From contig JBHGAY010000027.1 in assembly GCA_041946735.1 (NCBI GenBank), forward strand, positions 1-64,000: DNA of 64,000 bases. The letters run 5' to 3'. Below the pieces are notes generated by a model. The model did no database searches. It was not told where the DNA came from and was given only the letters and a program-made list of their open reading frames with translations. This document shows, in pieces, positions 8,372 to 18,286 of the stretch; within the stretch, counting starts at the first letter, position 1; each line of letters starts with the position of its first letter. Source of the stretch: Candidatus Eiseniibacteriota bacterium (GTDB lineage: Bacteria > Eisenbacteria > RBG-16-71-46 > CAIMUX01 > VGJL01). The translations under genes were made by a program, and so were the position numbers.

Positions 8372-10714
8372 TCAGCGCGGCCGCATCAGCACGATGGTGA
8401 TGTCGTCCGCCTGCGGCGTTCCCTCGGAGAAGTCCTGCACCCGCTCGACGATCCCTTGGAGGATGTCGGAGCAAGGAGTCCCGTCGGCGAGACGGAGGAA
8501 CTCGGCGAGCCGGTCGGAGCCGAAGAAGTCCCCGTCGACGTTGCGCGCCTCCGTTACGCCGTCGGTGAAGACGGCCAAGAGCGAGCCGCGCTCGAGGGTG
8601 GCCTCACCCTCCTCGTAGACGATCTGCGGGAGCATTCCGAGGATCAGGCCTCCCCCGGTCATCTCCACGATCTCGCCGGTGGTCTTTCGGACGAGCGGAG
8701 GATCGTGCCCGGCGTTCGCGTAGCGGATCCGCCCGGTGGCGGGATCGAGCAGCCCCAGGAAGGCGGTGATGAACTTACCCGGGTCGACGCTCTGGTGGAT
8801 GAAGCGATTCAGGCGGGCGAGCACTTCCGCCGGCCCAAGGCCCGCCAGGTCCTGCGTGCGCAGCGACGCTCGGAAGCTCGACATCAGGAGGGCGGCCGGG
8901 GCGCCCTTGCCGGAGACGTCGGCGACCGCGATCCCGACGAGTCCGTTGTCGAGGACGAGGTAGTCGAAGTAGTCGCCCCCCACCTCGCGCGCGGGCATGC
9001 TGATCCCCGCCAGCTCCACTCGCTCGAGGTCGGGCGGGCCGGACGGCAGCAGGCGGTTCTGGATCAGGCGGGCGAGCCGCAGCTCCTCCTCGAGCCGCTG
9101 CGACTCCCGCTCGATGTCGCGGCTCTTCTCGAGATCCTCGGCCATCTCGTTGAAGGAGCGGGCGACCGCCCACAGCTCGTCGTTGCCGTCGATCGGGATC
9201 CGGTGCTCGAAATGCCCGGCACGCAGAGCCTGCGTTCCGTCGGTCAGCGCGCGGACCGCGCCGGTGATCGACCGCGCCATGCCGATCACCATGACGACCG
9301 TCACCCAGATCGCGCCGAGCAACAGCACAGCAAGAAGCCCCAGGACGATCAGCGCCATCGTCGCGATCGGATTCTCCCGAGCGATCGGGATGAGCGCGAG
9401 CAGCGGCTCGGTGAAGTCGGCCGAGGAGGTGACCGGGATGCTCGAGAGCCTGAAGCCGTCTCCGGCGAGCCGCAGAGCGGGAATGATCGCGCCGCCGGGG
9501 AGCCGGCTCGAGTCGGTCTCGCGCGGGCCGACCGAGCGGCCGCGCTCCGGCCGGGTCGTCTTCGCATCGTCCTCTTCGCTGATCCGCACGCCTCCGCCCT
9601 CGCGCATCACGGTGACCTGGGGGCTCAGGCGGATCCGCGCCCCGACGATCTCGCTCACTCCCGACATCCAGAGCGAGTCGATCGGCGCGAGCGCCTCGGC
9701 GCGGATCCTCTGACCTTCGAGGACCGTGTCGATCCGGGCGCGGAGGAAGATCGTCCGCCCATCGAAGAGGAGCGGGTAGTCGCTCGAAGACGCTTCGACG
9801 GCGAGCAGCGAGTCGGGCGCGAAGGGGAGGGCGGGGCCGAGAGCGCGCGTGGCGCCGGCCGCGCGCAGGACGATTCTCTGTCCCGGAATATCGGGACCGA
9901 ACGCGCTGATCCGCTCGAGGTCGTCGCGCTCCAGCATGCGTGTCAGGCTCTCGCGCGCCTTCTCGGAGCGGCTCTCCAGCATCCGCGCCGCGATCGATCC
10001 GCGGTAGGTGGAGAGGAAGAGCGCGCCGGTCAGCAGGATGAAGATCATGGCGAGCGCAAGCGGGACCAGCCCGGCGAGGAGGTGCGAGCCGAGGAGGCGG
10101 GCGCCGATCCGCTTGATGGAGAGATGGAGGCGGCTCGCGGCCGCCGGCGTGCCGAGGAGCGAGTAGAAGAGCCCAAGGAGCCCGGCGCTCAGCCCGAAGC
10201 TGCTCAGGCCGCGCACTCCGTCCTGCTCGAGGCCGGGGCGGTTCCAGACGACGAGGCAGAGGACCAGCGAGATCAGCCCGGTGACGGAGGCCACGAACAG
10301 GCCGAGGGACCCGAGGTTGCGCCTCCAGCGGAAGGAGGCGAGCCAGGGGAAGGCGAGGACGAGCCAGCCCGGGGAGCGGCCGAACAGTCCCGACAGCAGG
10401 AACCCGAGGATGAAGGCGGCGCCGGCGATCTTCGTCCATCGAGTCGCGAAGGATCGTCCCCAGAGGCTGAGACCGAGAATCGCGCGCAGGAAGATCGCGG
10501 CCCCGATCCACTCCACGGCCGTGGCGAGGCGCATCGACGACGGTTCCGAGGCCCAGCTCCCGCTGGCCAGGCCGATCGCCGTCGGGCCGAGCCGGGTCAA
10601 GAGAAGCCCGGCCCACCAATAGAGAAGCAGCCGCCGCAGCGAGACGTTGCGCTCGGCGCGGACCCAGAGGGCCACGACGGCGGCCCCGATCGCATAGAGA
10701 ACGATGTTCGTCAA
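8372..10714 (-). CDS. Membrane PP2C/SpoIIE (RsbU-like) phosphatase with HAMP domain
   Basis: Multiple TMs, HAMP (DELWAVARSFNEM), VGGDYFD, ADVSGKG, NAGH, FTDGVTEA, DDITIV. Confidence 0.9.
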   Translation of the reverse strand: MTNIVLYAIGAAVVALWVRAERNVSLRRLLLYWWAGLLLTRLGPTAIGLASGSWASEPSSMRLATAVEWIGAAIFLRAILGLSLWGRSFATRWTKIAGAAFILGFLLSGLFGRSPGWLVLAFPWLASFRWRRNLGSLGLFVASVTGLISLVLCLVVWNRPGLEQDGVRGLSSFGLSAGLLGLFYSLLGTPAAASRLHLSIKRIGARLLGSHLLAGLVPLALAMIFILLTGALFLSTYRGSIAARMLESRSEKARESLTRMLERDDLERISAFGPDIPGQRIVLRAAGATRALGPALPFAPDSLLAVEASSSDYPLLFDGRTIFLRARIDTVLEGQRIRAEALAPIDSLWMSGVSEIVGARIRLSPQVTVMREGGGVRISEEDDAKTTRPERGRSVGPRETDSSRLPGGAIIPALRLAGDGFRLSSIPVTSSADFTEPLLALIPIARENPIATMALIVLGLLAVLLLGAIWVTVVMVIGMARSITGAVRALTDGTQALRAGHFEHRIPIDGNDELWAVARSFNEMAEDLEKSRDIERESQRLEEELRLARLIQNRLLPSGPPDLERVELAGISMPAREVGGDYFDYLVLDNGLVGIAVADVSGKGAPAALLMSSFRASLRTQDLAGLGPAEVLARLNRFIHQSVDPGKFITAFLGLLDPATGRIRYANAGHDPPLVRKTTGEIVEMTGGGLILGMLPQIVYEEGEATLERGSLLAVFTDGVTEARNVDGDFFGSDRLAEFLRLADGTPCSDILQGIVERVQDFSEGTPQADDITIVLMRPR

Positions 10715-10803
10715 GCGGCCTCCGGGCGGTCGATCGCGCGTCCCGCGGATGCCGGAACCCTCCCGGCGACCGCGCGACGGAGGGCGAGGCGGGGCGGGAT
10801 CAC
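10711..10803 (-). CDS. Putative 30-aa bridging mini-ORF, ispF to PP2C
   Basis: GTG 10803 overlaps the ispF TGA. Its TGA 10713-10711 overlaps the PP2C TTG at 10714. Confidence 0.35.
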   Translation of the reverse strand: MIPPRLALRRAVAGRVPASAGRAIDRPEAA

Positions 10804-11336
10804 GGGGCGATCCGCTCCCCGCTCGCCGGAACGAGCCTCACGATCGCCTGCGCGGCGATCGCCTCGCCCCGACCCGTCGCGTCGACTCCCTCGTTCGACT
10901 TCACCTTGACCGAGATCCGGGATGGATCGACCGAGAGCGCCGCCGCGATCCCCGAGGCCATCGCGGGGATCTGCGCCGCGAGCCGCGGGCGCTCGGCGAT
11001 CACCACCGAGTCGACGTTGCCGATCCGCATTCCGGCCTCCGAGGAGAGGAGGGCGGCGACGCGCGCCAGGAGATCGGCGCCCGTCAGTCCTTCCCACCGG
11101 GGATCGGAATCGGGAAAGAGCGAGCCGATCTCGCCCAGCCGCGCGGCGCCCAACAGCGCGTCGGCGATCGCGTGGCAGAGGACGTCGGCGTCGGAGTGGC
11201 CGGCGAGCCCCGCGTCGAAGGGGATCGCGACGGTGCCGATCCGCAGGGGACGGCCGGCGACGAGGCGATGGAGGTCGTAGCCGATGCCGACCCGGTCCTC
11301 GGCGGTAGGACCGGCGTGGCTCTTCCCGTCGTTCAC
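10800..11336 (-). CDS. ispF: 2-C-methyl-D-erythritol 2,4-cyclodiphosphate synthase
   Basis: RVGIGYDLHRL, GHSDADVLCHAIADALLGAA, FPDSDP, GRGEAIAAQA. Confidence 0.95.
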   Translation of the reverse strand: MNDGKSHAGPTAEDRVGIGYDLHRLVAGRPLRIGTVAIPFDAGLAGHSDADVLCHAIADALLGAARLGEIGSLFPDSDPRWEGLTGADLLARVAALLSSEAGMRIGNVDSVVIAERPRLAAQIPAMASGIAAALSVDPSRISVKVKSNEGVDATGRGEAIAAQAIVRLVPASGERIAP

Positions 11337-11460
11337 GCCTGCCCCCGCTCCCGGTCCTGCGCCCGGTGCTGCTCCCCGTCCTGCTCCTGCCCCCGCTCCC
11401 GGTCCTGCGCCCGCTCCCGTCCCCCGTCCTGACGATTCAACGCTTGCCTCCGCGGCTCAT
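11333..11460 (-). CDS. Two chained mini-ORFs (11460-11437, MSRGGKR; 11440-11333, 35 aa repeat-derived) linking ispD to ispF
   Basis: ATGA, TTGA and GTGA overlaps at 11460-57, 11440-37 and 11336-33. The second ORF is built on a degenerate tandem repeat (QDRERGQ). Confidence 0.35.
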
Positions 11461-12230
11461 CGCGTCTCCCGGTCGCGGAGCAGTCGCTCGACGAGGACGC
11501 GGTCCTCCGGATAGGTCACCTTGATGTTCTCCAGATCCCCCGGGACGACGCGCAAGACTGCGCCCGACGCCTCGAGGAGCGCCGCGTCGTCCGTCACGCC
11601 GCGCCCCTGCTTCGCCGCATGCTCGTGCGCCTGGAGCAGCGGGCCGAGGCGGAAGACCTGCGGCGTCTGCGCGGCCCACAGTCCCTCGCGCGGGACGGTC
11701 CCGCGGATCGTCGCCCCTTCGACCTGCTTCAGCGTCTCGCGGACGGGCAGGGCGGGAAGGGCGCCGGCCGCGTCGGGGTGCTCGGCCAGCTCGCGCAGGC
11801 AGCGGTGGATCAGGAAGGTGGTGACGAGCGGCCGCGCCGCGTCGTGGATCAGGACCAGGCTCTCCGGATCGCGCCGGACTTCTTCGGGCAGCGCCTCCAG
11901 GCCGCGACGCGACGAGTCCTGGCGCCGCTCGCCCCCGTCGGCGAGGAGGACCCGGTCCTCGAGGCCGAGAGGCGCGAGGATCTGCGTGCGGCACCGCTCG
12001 TGGGCCGTCCGGCCGGGGGCATGCACGACGACGATCGTCTCGATCGCGGGATCGTTCGCGAAGGTCTCGAGCGACCAGGACAGCAGAGGCCGGCCGAGGA
12101 TCGAGACGAACGCCTTCGCCGATCCGTCCTCGGTGGCGAGCCGCCGCCCCTGGCCTCCGGCCAGCAGGATCGCGTGGCCTCCCGCCATGCGCGGGCGGCC
12201 GCCCGTCCCGCCCGCTTCGCGCGCGCTCAT
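11457..12230 (-). CDS. ispD: 2-C-methyl-D-erythritol 4-phosphate cytidylyltransferase
   Basis: LAGGQGRRL, GGERRQDS, LIHDAARP, AQTPQVF, TDDA, NIKVTYPED. Confidence 0.95.
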   Translation of the reverse strand: MSAREAGGTGGRPRMAGGHAILLAGGQGRRLATEDGSAKAFVSILGRPLLSWSLETFANDPAIETIVVVHAPGRTAHERCRTQILAPLGLEDRVLLADGGERRQDSSRRGLEALPEEVRRDPESLVLIHDAARPLVTTFLIHRCLRELAEHPDAAGALPALPVRETLKQVEGATIRGTVPREGLWAAQTPQVFRLGPLLQAHEHAAKQGRGVTDDAALLEASGAVLRVVPGDLENIKVTYPEDRVLVERLLRDRETR

Positions 12231-13789
12231 CGGCGGATCCCCCTTTCGCGCGGCTCCGGTCCGCGCGCCTTCAGTCCGATGCCCAGCGCCTCGGCGACCG
12301 TACGCACGCCGAGCAGCTCCGGCCCGCCGCGCCGCTGCGCCAGGTCGGCGCGGTTCGCCTCGGGCAGCAGGATGCGATCGTACCCGAGACGCGCCGCCTC
12401 GCCGATCCTACGCTCCGGATGGGCGACGCGGCGCACCTCTCCGCCGAGCCCCACCTCCCCGATCACGACCAAATCGGGAGGGGGCGGGGCGTCGCGCATC
12501 GACGAGGCGATCGCCAGCAGGATCCCGAGATCGACTCCCGGCTCCTCGACCTTGAGCCCGCCCGCCACGTTGACGAAGACGTCGTTCGCTCCGGTCTCGA
12601 CGCCTCCCCTCTTCGCCAGGACGGCCAGCAACAGCGACAACCGGCGGCCGTCGTAGCCGGTCGCGACGCGCTGCGGGGTCGCCCACGCCGACTCGTGCAC
12701 GAGCGCCTGCACCTCCATGAGGAGCGCACGGCTGCCTTCCAGCGACGCGACGACGATCGAGCCGACGGCCCCCGCCGTCCTCTCGCTCAGGAAGACCTGG
12801 CTCGGATTGGGGACCTCACGCATCCCGTCGTCCCGCATGTCGAAGACGCCGATCTCGTGGACGCTCCCGAAGCGGTTCTTGACGCTGCGCAGGATCCGAT
12901 AGTGCTGGTAGCGCTCCCCTTCGAGATAGAGGACGGTGTCGACCATGTGCTCGAGCGTGCGAGGGCCCGCCAGCGTCCCCTCCTTCGTGACGTGGCCGAC
13001 GAGCACGACCGCCATGTTCCGGCCCTTGGCGAGCTGCATCAGAAAGAGGGCGCACTCGCGGACCTGCGCGAGCGAGCCGGGCGCCGATCCGATGCCGGGA
13101 AGGTAGACCGCCTGGATCGAATCGATGACGAGGAGCTTGGGCGACAACGCCGCGACCGCGTCGGCGACCTTCTCGAGGTCCGGCTCGGCGAGAAGCGGAA
13201 GCTCACCGGGGATGCCGGAGAGCCGCTCGGCGCGCAGGCGCGCCTGCCGCGCCGACTCCTCGCCCGAGACGTAGAGCGTCTCGTGCCCGGCGGCGGTCAG
13301 CGCGCCCGCCATCTGGAGCAGGAGGGTGGACTTTCCGATGCCGGGATCGCCGCCGACCAGGACGACCGAGCCGGGGACGATTCCGCCGCCGAGCGTGCGG
13401 TCCAGCTCGCCGATCGCGGTCTGCATGCGCGGGACCGCGTCCAGCGGGATCTGCGAGAGCCGCTGCACCGGCTCCGGCTGGCCGATTCCCAGCCCCGCCG
13501 CGCCCCGCCATGCTCCCGAGCCTGCGCCCGCAGCGCCGCCGCCGGTTGCTCCTCCGCGGGCCGAGCGCGCGCCTCCCAGCCCACCGGCCGGCTGCAGCGA
13601 GGGAGGCGTGTACGGCTGCATCTGGTTCCACTCCCCGCAGACCGGGCAGCGCCCGTACCACTGATGCTGCGTCTCGCCGCAAGCCTGGCAGAGGAAGACG
13701 GTCTTCTCCGCCCGCCTCGACCTGCCGCCGCGGCCGCTGCCGCCGCCGCTGCCACTGCCGCCGCCGCTGCCGCGTCCTCGTGCCTCCAT
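12227..13789 (-). CDS. radA: DNA repair protein RadA/Sms
   Basis: C4 zinc finger CQACG...CPVC, GDPGIGKST, KNRFG motif, Lon-like C-terminus. Gly-rich low-complexity insertions. Confidence 0.95.
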   Translation of the reverse strand: MEARGRGSGGGSGSGGGSGRGGRSRRAEKTVFLCQACGETQHQWYGRCPVCGEWNQMQPYTPPSLQPAGGLGGARSARGGATGGGAAGAGSGAWRGAAGLGIGQPEPVQRLSQIPLDAVPRMQTAIGELDRTLGGGIVPGSVVLVGGDPGIGKSTLLLQMAGALTAAGHETLYVSGEESARQARLRAERLSGIPGELPLLAEPDLEKVADAVAALSPKLLVIDSIQAVYLPGIGSAPGSLAQVRECALFLMQLAKGRNMAVVLVGHVTKEGTLAGPRTLEHMVDTVLYLEGERYQHYRILRSVKNRFGSVHEIGVFDMRDDGMREVPNPSQVFLSERTAGAVGSIVVASLEGSRALLMEVQALVHESAWATPQRVATGYDGRRLSLLLAVLAKRGGVETGANDVFVNVAGGLKVEEPGVDLGILLAIASSMRDAPPPPDLVVIGEVGLGGEVRRVAHPERRIGEAARLGYDRILLPEANRADLAQRRGGPELLGVRTVAEALGIGLKARGPEPRERGIRR

Positions 13790-13837
13790 CCGCCGCCCCT
13801 GGTCCTCCCTTCGCTCCCGCCCTGCCCCGGCTCTTCC

Positions 13838-15217
13838 CTACTCGGTGAAGTACCCGTCGTCGGGGATCTGCGCGAGCGACTCGAACCGGGTCAGCTCGGC
13901 GTTGAAGTGAAGCTTCACCGTCCCCGTCTCGCCGTTGCGGTGCTTGCCGATGATGATCTCGGCGATCCCCTGCACATCCTCCTGCTTGACCTTGCGGTAC
14001 ACCTCCTCCCGGAAGATGAAAACCACGATGTCGGCGTCCTGCTCGATCGCGCCCGACTCGCGCAGGTCGGCGAGCACCGGGCGCTTGTCTTCCCTTCCCT
14101 CCGGCGCGCGAGAGAGCTGCGACAAGGCGATCACCGGAATGTTCAGCTCCTTCGCGAGGGCCTTCAGCGATCGCGAGATCGAGCTGATCTCCTGCTGGCG
14201 GTTCTCGCTCCGCTCGAAGCCGCGCGCGAGCTGCAGGTAGTCGATGATCAGAAGCCCGAGACCCGCCTCGCTCTTCAGCCGCCGCGCCTTCGCCCGGATC
14301 TCCATGATCGAGGCGGCCGGGGTGTCGTCGAGGAAGATCGGCGCCTCGGTCAGGATCCCGGCGGCCGAGATCAGGTCCTCCCACTGCTGCTCGCTCAGGA
14401 ATCCCGTTCGCAACCGGTAGACCGGGATCCGGCTCCGCGAGGCGAGCAGTCGTTGCACGAGCTGGTCCCGCGACATCTCGAGCGAGAAGATGCCGACCGG
14501 GATCCGCTCACGAATCGCCGCGTACTCGGCGATGTTCAGGCAGAACGAGGTCTTCCCCATCGCCGGGCGGCCCGCCACGATGATCAGGTCCGAGTTCTGG
14601 AATCCGGCGGTCTTCTTGTCGAGGTCGACGTAGCCGCTCGGCACGCCGGTGACCGCCTTCTTGTTCTCGTGCACCTGTTCGATCAGGTGGATGACCCGCT
14701 CGAGCAGCCCGCGGATCGGCACGAAGCCCCGCTTCATTCGCGGATCGGTCACGGCGAAGATCATCTGCTCCGCCGCGTCGATCAGCTCCCCCGAGCTTCC
14801 CGCTCCCTCGTAGCCGCGCCGGACGATCTCCGTTCCGGCGTGGATCAGCTCGCGCATCACGTACTTTTCGAGGACGATCCGCGCGTGGTGCTCCACGTGC
14901 GCCGCCGTCGCCACCTGGTCGAGCAGCGACGCGAGGAATGCGGTCCCGCCGACGGCGTCGATCTGCCCGCGAGCCCGCAGCTCCTCGGCGACCGAGATCA
15001 GATCGGCGGAGATCCCCCGCTCGTAGCAGGAGCAGACCGCCTCGAAGACGCGGCGATGGTTCTCGCGATAGAAACATTCCGGACGGACGATCTCGACGGC
15101 GCGCCCCACGGCGTCCTTCTCGAGGAGCATCGCGCCGAGCACCGCCTGCTCCGCCTCGAGGCTCTGAGGCGGAATGCGGATGGCGGGATTTGGATCGATC
15201 GGCATTTCGCGCAGCAC
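13838..15217 (-). CDS. dnaB: Replicative DNA helicase
   Basis: PPQSLEAEQAVLG, AGRPAMGKT, FSLEM, IDYLQL, LSQLSR, DLRESGAIEQDAD, KHRNG. No intein visible. Confidence 0.97.
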   Translation of the reverse strand: MLREMPIDPNPAIRIPPQSLEAEQAVLGAMLLEKDAVGRAVEIVRPECFYRENHRRVFEAVCSCYERGISADLISVAEELRARGQIDAVGGTAFLASLLDQVATAAHVEHHARIVLEKYVMRELIHAGTEIVRRGYEGAGSSGELIDAAEQMIFAVTDPRMKRGFVPIRGLLERVIHLIEQVHENKKAVTGVPSGYVDLDKKTAGFQNSDLIIVAGRPAMGKTSFCLNIAEYAAIRERIPVGIFSLEMSRDQLVQRLLASRSRIPVYRLRTGFLSEQQWEDLISAAGILTEAPIFLDDTPAASIMEIRAKARRLKSEAGLGLLIIDYLQLARGFERSENRQQEISSISRSLKALAKELNIPVIALSQLSRAPEGREDKRPVLADLRESGAIEQDADIVVFIFREEVYRKVKQEDVQGIAEIIIGKHRNGETGTVKLHFNAELTRFESLAQIPDDGYFTE

Positions 15218-15279
15218 GGTCCTCTCCCTCTTTCTCTCTGTCGTTGTGCCGCTCTACCGGCTCGGACGCCACCCAGGGA

Positions 15280-16293
15280 TCAGGCGTCGAGCAAGGTGCG
15301 GACCTTTTGTACGTCTTCCCAGACCAGCGCCTTCAACGATGGGTTTCGCAGCAGCGCGGCCGGATGGTAGGTCGGGATCACCTTCATCCCCCGGTAGTCG
15401 AACACCCTCCCGCGCAGGTCCTTCATGGCGGAGAGCTGGCCGGTCAGGAAGAAGGTGGAATGACGGCCAAGCGAGCAGATCACCTTCGGCCGCAGGAGAT
15501 CGAGCTGCCGGACGAGGAACGGGGAGCACGAAGCCACCTCGTCGGGCAGCGGATCGCGGTTTCCGGGGGGACGGCACTTCAAGACGTTCGCGATGTAGAC
15601 CTGGTCTCGCGTGAGGCCGATCGCTTCGATGATGCGGGTCAACAGCTCGCCCGCCCGGCCGACGAACGGCAGACCCTGACGGTCCTCGTCCGCCCCCGGG
15701 GCTTCTCCGATGAAGACGAGCGGGACGGTCGATCTCCCCGTTCCGAAGACGACCGTCTTGCGCGTCTCGCACAGCTCGCAGCCGCGGCAACGCTTCGCTT
15801 CGGCCTCGATCGCCGCCAGCTTCTCCTCCCAGTCGGGCGCGCGCCCCTCGGCGGACGGAGGCGGCCCCCACGTGGGGCGGGCCGCCCGGGCGCGGGCCGA
15901 CCCGGAGGCCGGAGCCGCGGGCCCGACGGGCGAGGGATGCGATGCTGGCGAGGCAGGCGAGGCAGGCGAGGCAGGCGACCCGGCGGGCCGCGCCTGCCTG
16001 GCGGTCGCTTCGGGTTCGACAGAAGCGGCCCCGAAGCGGCGCGCGAACTCCGCAGCGCGGCTCATGGCCCCAGGCGCGCCCGCCGGCGGCCGGGCAGCGG
16101 ACGCCGCGGACGCCGCGGATGTCGTGGATGCCGCAGACCCTCGCGACCAGGCCGCCGCGGCGGTCGCGTCCCGCATCGCCGCCGCAAGATCCGGATCGCA
16201 CCAGTTGCGGACGCCGTGCCGCGCCTCCTGCTCGATCTGCAGCCGGAGCGCGGCGAGCAGCTTCTCGCGCGGCAGACCTGCCGGGCCGCTCAT
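15280..16293 (-). CDS. Uracil-DNA glycosylase family 4 (Fe-S)
   Basis: CRGCELC, GEAPGADED, PFVGRAG, NVLKCRPPGNRDP, YHPAALLR. Long Ala/Pro linker. ATGA overlap with coaBC. Confidence 0.93.
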   Translation of the reverse strand: MSGPAGLPREKLLAALRLQIEQEARHGVRNWCDPDLAAAMRDATAAAAWSRGSAASTTSAASAASAARPPAGAPGAMSRAAEFARRFGAASVEPEATARQARPAGSPASPASPASPASHPSPVGPAAPASGSARARAARPTWGPPPSAEGRAPDWEEKLAAIEAEAKRCRGCELCETRKTVVFGTGRSTVPLVFIGEAPGADEDRQGLPFVGRAGELLTRIIEAIGLTRDQVYIANVLKCRPPGNRDPLPDEVASCSPFLVRQLDLLRPKVICSLGRHSTFFLTGQLSAMKDLRGRVFDYRGMKVIPTYHPAALLRNPSLKALVWEDVQKVRTLLDA

Positions 16294-17558
16294 CGTCCCG
16301 GCTCGGTCGAAGAGGACGGAGCCAGCATCGCGAGCACGCGGCGCACCAGCTCGCGCGCAACCTCGCTCTTCTGCAGCAGCGGAAGCTTCTCCTCCCGCCC
16401 GTCCTTCCAAAGGAAGGTCACCTCGTTCGTGTCGCCGCCGAAGCCGCTCCCCGCGCGCGTCGGATCGTTCCAGACGATGAGATCACAGCCCTTGCGACGC
16501 ATCTTCGCGAGCGCGCGCTCACGGCCGTCCTCTCCCGTCTCGAGGGCGAACCCGACCGTGATCATGCCGAAGCGGCCGGGCGCGACGGAGGCGAGCAGGT
16601 CCGGGTTCTTCGCGAGCGCGAGGCGCAGGTCCTCCTGCCCCGACTCGATCTTGCCCTTCGCCGCTTGGGCGGCCCGGTAGTCGGCGACCGCGGCGGCCAT
16701 GATGAGGACCGGATGGCTCGGGGAGAGCCGTGCCAGCTCGCGCCCCATCTCGTCGGCTGCCGAAACGGCGACGCGCTCGATGCCGAGGGGCGGGGCGACC
16801 GAGACCGGACCGTGGAGCAGCGTGACCGGGAAGCCGGCGTCGCGCGCCGCTTCGGCGATCGCGAAGCCCATCCGTCCGCTCGAGCGGTTCGAAAGGTAGC
16901 GGACCGGATCGAGCGGCTCCTCGGTCCGTCCTGCGGTGACGAGCAAGGGCGGCAGGTCGGACCGGCCGGGACCGAGAAGGCGAAGCGCTTGATCGACGAT
17001 CCGAGCCGGCTCCGCCATCTTGCCGCGGCCGAACTCGCCGCACGCAAGATCCCCCTCCTCGGGGTCGACGAAGCGATAGCCGCGCTCGCGCAGGAGGCGG
17101 ACGTTCGCCTGCACCGCCTCGTTCTCCCACATGCGGGTGTTCATCGCAGGCGCGAAGAGGACCTGGACGCTGCTCGCCAGGATCGCGGTCGACAGCGGCT
17201 CGTCGGCGATGCCGTGCGCCACCTTGCCGAGGAGGTTGCCGGTCGCGGGAGCGATGACGATCAGCTCGGAAGAGCGGCTCGCCTGGATGTGCGCGATGCC
17301 CCCTCCCTCGCCTCCCCACTCCATATAGGGACCGCCCGCCTCGCCCTCGAACATGTCGGTCGTCACCGGATGCCCGGAAAGGGTGCCGAGGGTCATCGGC
17401 GTGATGAAGTGCCGGGCCGACGGAGTCATGACGACGTGCACCTCGACCCCCGCCTTGCGGAAAAGACGGATCACCTCCGCCGCCTTGTAGGCGGCGATCG
17501 ATCCGCTGACTCCCAGGACGACCCGCCTGGCTCTCGCCGCCGCTCCGACAGCCTCCAC
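16290..17558 (-). CDS. coaBC: Phosphopantothenoylcysteine decarboxylase/ligase
   Basis: GVSGSIAAYKA, PAMNTRMW, LACGEFGRGKM, DPVRYLSNRSSGRMG, AAAVADY, VGFALET. Start codon approximate. Confidence 0.95.
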   Translation of the reverse strand: MEAVGAAARARRVVLGVSGSIAAYKAAEVIRLFRKAGVEVHVVMTPSARHFITPMTLGTLSGHPVTTDMFEGEAGGPYMEWGGEGGGIAHIQASRSSELIVIAPATGNLLGKVAHGIADEPLSTAILASSVQVLFAPAMNTRMWENEAVQANVRLLRERGYRFVDPEEGDLACGEFGRGKMAEPARIVDQALRLLGPGRSDLPPLLVTAGRTEEPLDPVRYLSNRSSGRMGFAIAEAARDAGFPVTLLHGPVSVAPPLGIERVAVSAADEMGRELARLSPSHPVLIMAAAVADYRAAQAAKGKIESGQEDLRLALAKNPDLLASVAPGRFGMITVGFALETGEDGRERALAKMRRKGCDLIVWNDPTRAGSGFGGDTNEVTFLWKDGREEKLPLLQKSEVARELVRRVLAMLAPSSSTEPGR

Positions 17559-17643
17559 GGCCACATCCTCCTCTCGCACTTGCTCTCTGGCTCCGCGGTC
17601 CCTGCGCTCTTCACCGACCTTCGACGCGATCCCGGGCCGGCGA

Positions 17644-18276
17644 TCACGACGCCGGGGAAGCATCGGGCGGATACAGGCGCCTCGTCCGGCGCCGCTCCGC
17701 CCGCACGATCGCGTGCAGATCGGCCGCGCAGCGCTGGAGATCGTCGTTGACGACCACGTAGTCGTACGCGTGGATCGCTAGCAGCTCCTCGCGCGCCCGC
17801 TCGATCCGCCGCGCCGCGACCTCGGGGCTCTCCGTCCCGCGCCCGAGCAGCCGCCTCTCGAGATCGTCCCATGAAGGGGGCAGGACGAATACGAGAACCG
17901 CGTCGGCGTAGAGCGAGCGGATCTGCGCCCCTCCCTGGACTTCGATGTTCAGCACCACGACGCGTCCCGCCCGGAGGCTCTCCTCCATCACGCGACGCGG
18001 CGTACCGTACCAGAAGCCGCCGTAGATCGCGGACTCGGCCAGCTCCCCCTTCTCCCGCATTTGCAGGAACCGTTCCTCGTCGAGGAAGAAGTAGCTGTCG
18101 CAGTCCGATTCGCCGGCGCGCTGCGGCCGCGTGGTCACCGAGATCGATCGCACGCAGCGCTCGTCGATCTCCAGCAGATGCTGCACGAGACTCGTCTTAC
18201 CGACGCCGGAGGGGCCGGACACGACGAGAGGGAACCCGGGTTCGGGGACCGGCGAGGGCGGGATCGAGGGAAGCAT
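17644..18276 (-). CDS. gmk: Guanylate kinase
   Basis: SGPSGVGKT, SVTTRPQR, YGTP, IEVQGG, PPS...RL..RGTE, YDYVVVND. Confidence 0.95.
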   Translation of the reverse strand: MLPSIPPSPVPEPGFPLVVSGPSGVGKTSLVQHLLEIDERCVRSISVTTRPQRAGESDCDSYFFLDEERFLQMREKGELAESAIYGGFWYGTPRRVMEESLRAGRVVVLNIEVQGGAQIRSLYADAVLVFVLPPSWDDLERRLLGRGTESPEVAARRIERAREELLAIHAYDYVVVNDDLQRCAADLHAIVRAERRRTRRLYPPDASPAS

Positions 18277-18286
18277 CGAAGCCCCC

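Noticed and set aside
13789..13840. dnaB and radA in the same frame separated by one TAG (possible readthrough fusion)
   Set aside because: A one-in-three chance event; radA has its own GGAGG, and there is no recoding signal.
8456..15370. Long + strand ORFs (817 aa, 983 aa) and similar antisense ORFs throughout the window
   Set aside because: Shadow frames of well-supported opposite-strand genes in high-GC DNA, with no motifs.
17471..17647. Bridge ORF from gmk to coaBC
   Set aside because: It starts in the gmk stop but runs ~90 nt past the likely coaBC start. It shows that start/stop overlaps alone arise by chance.
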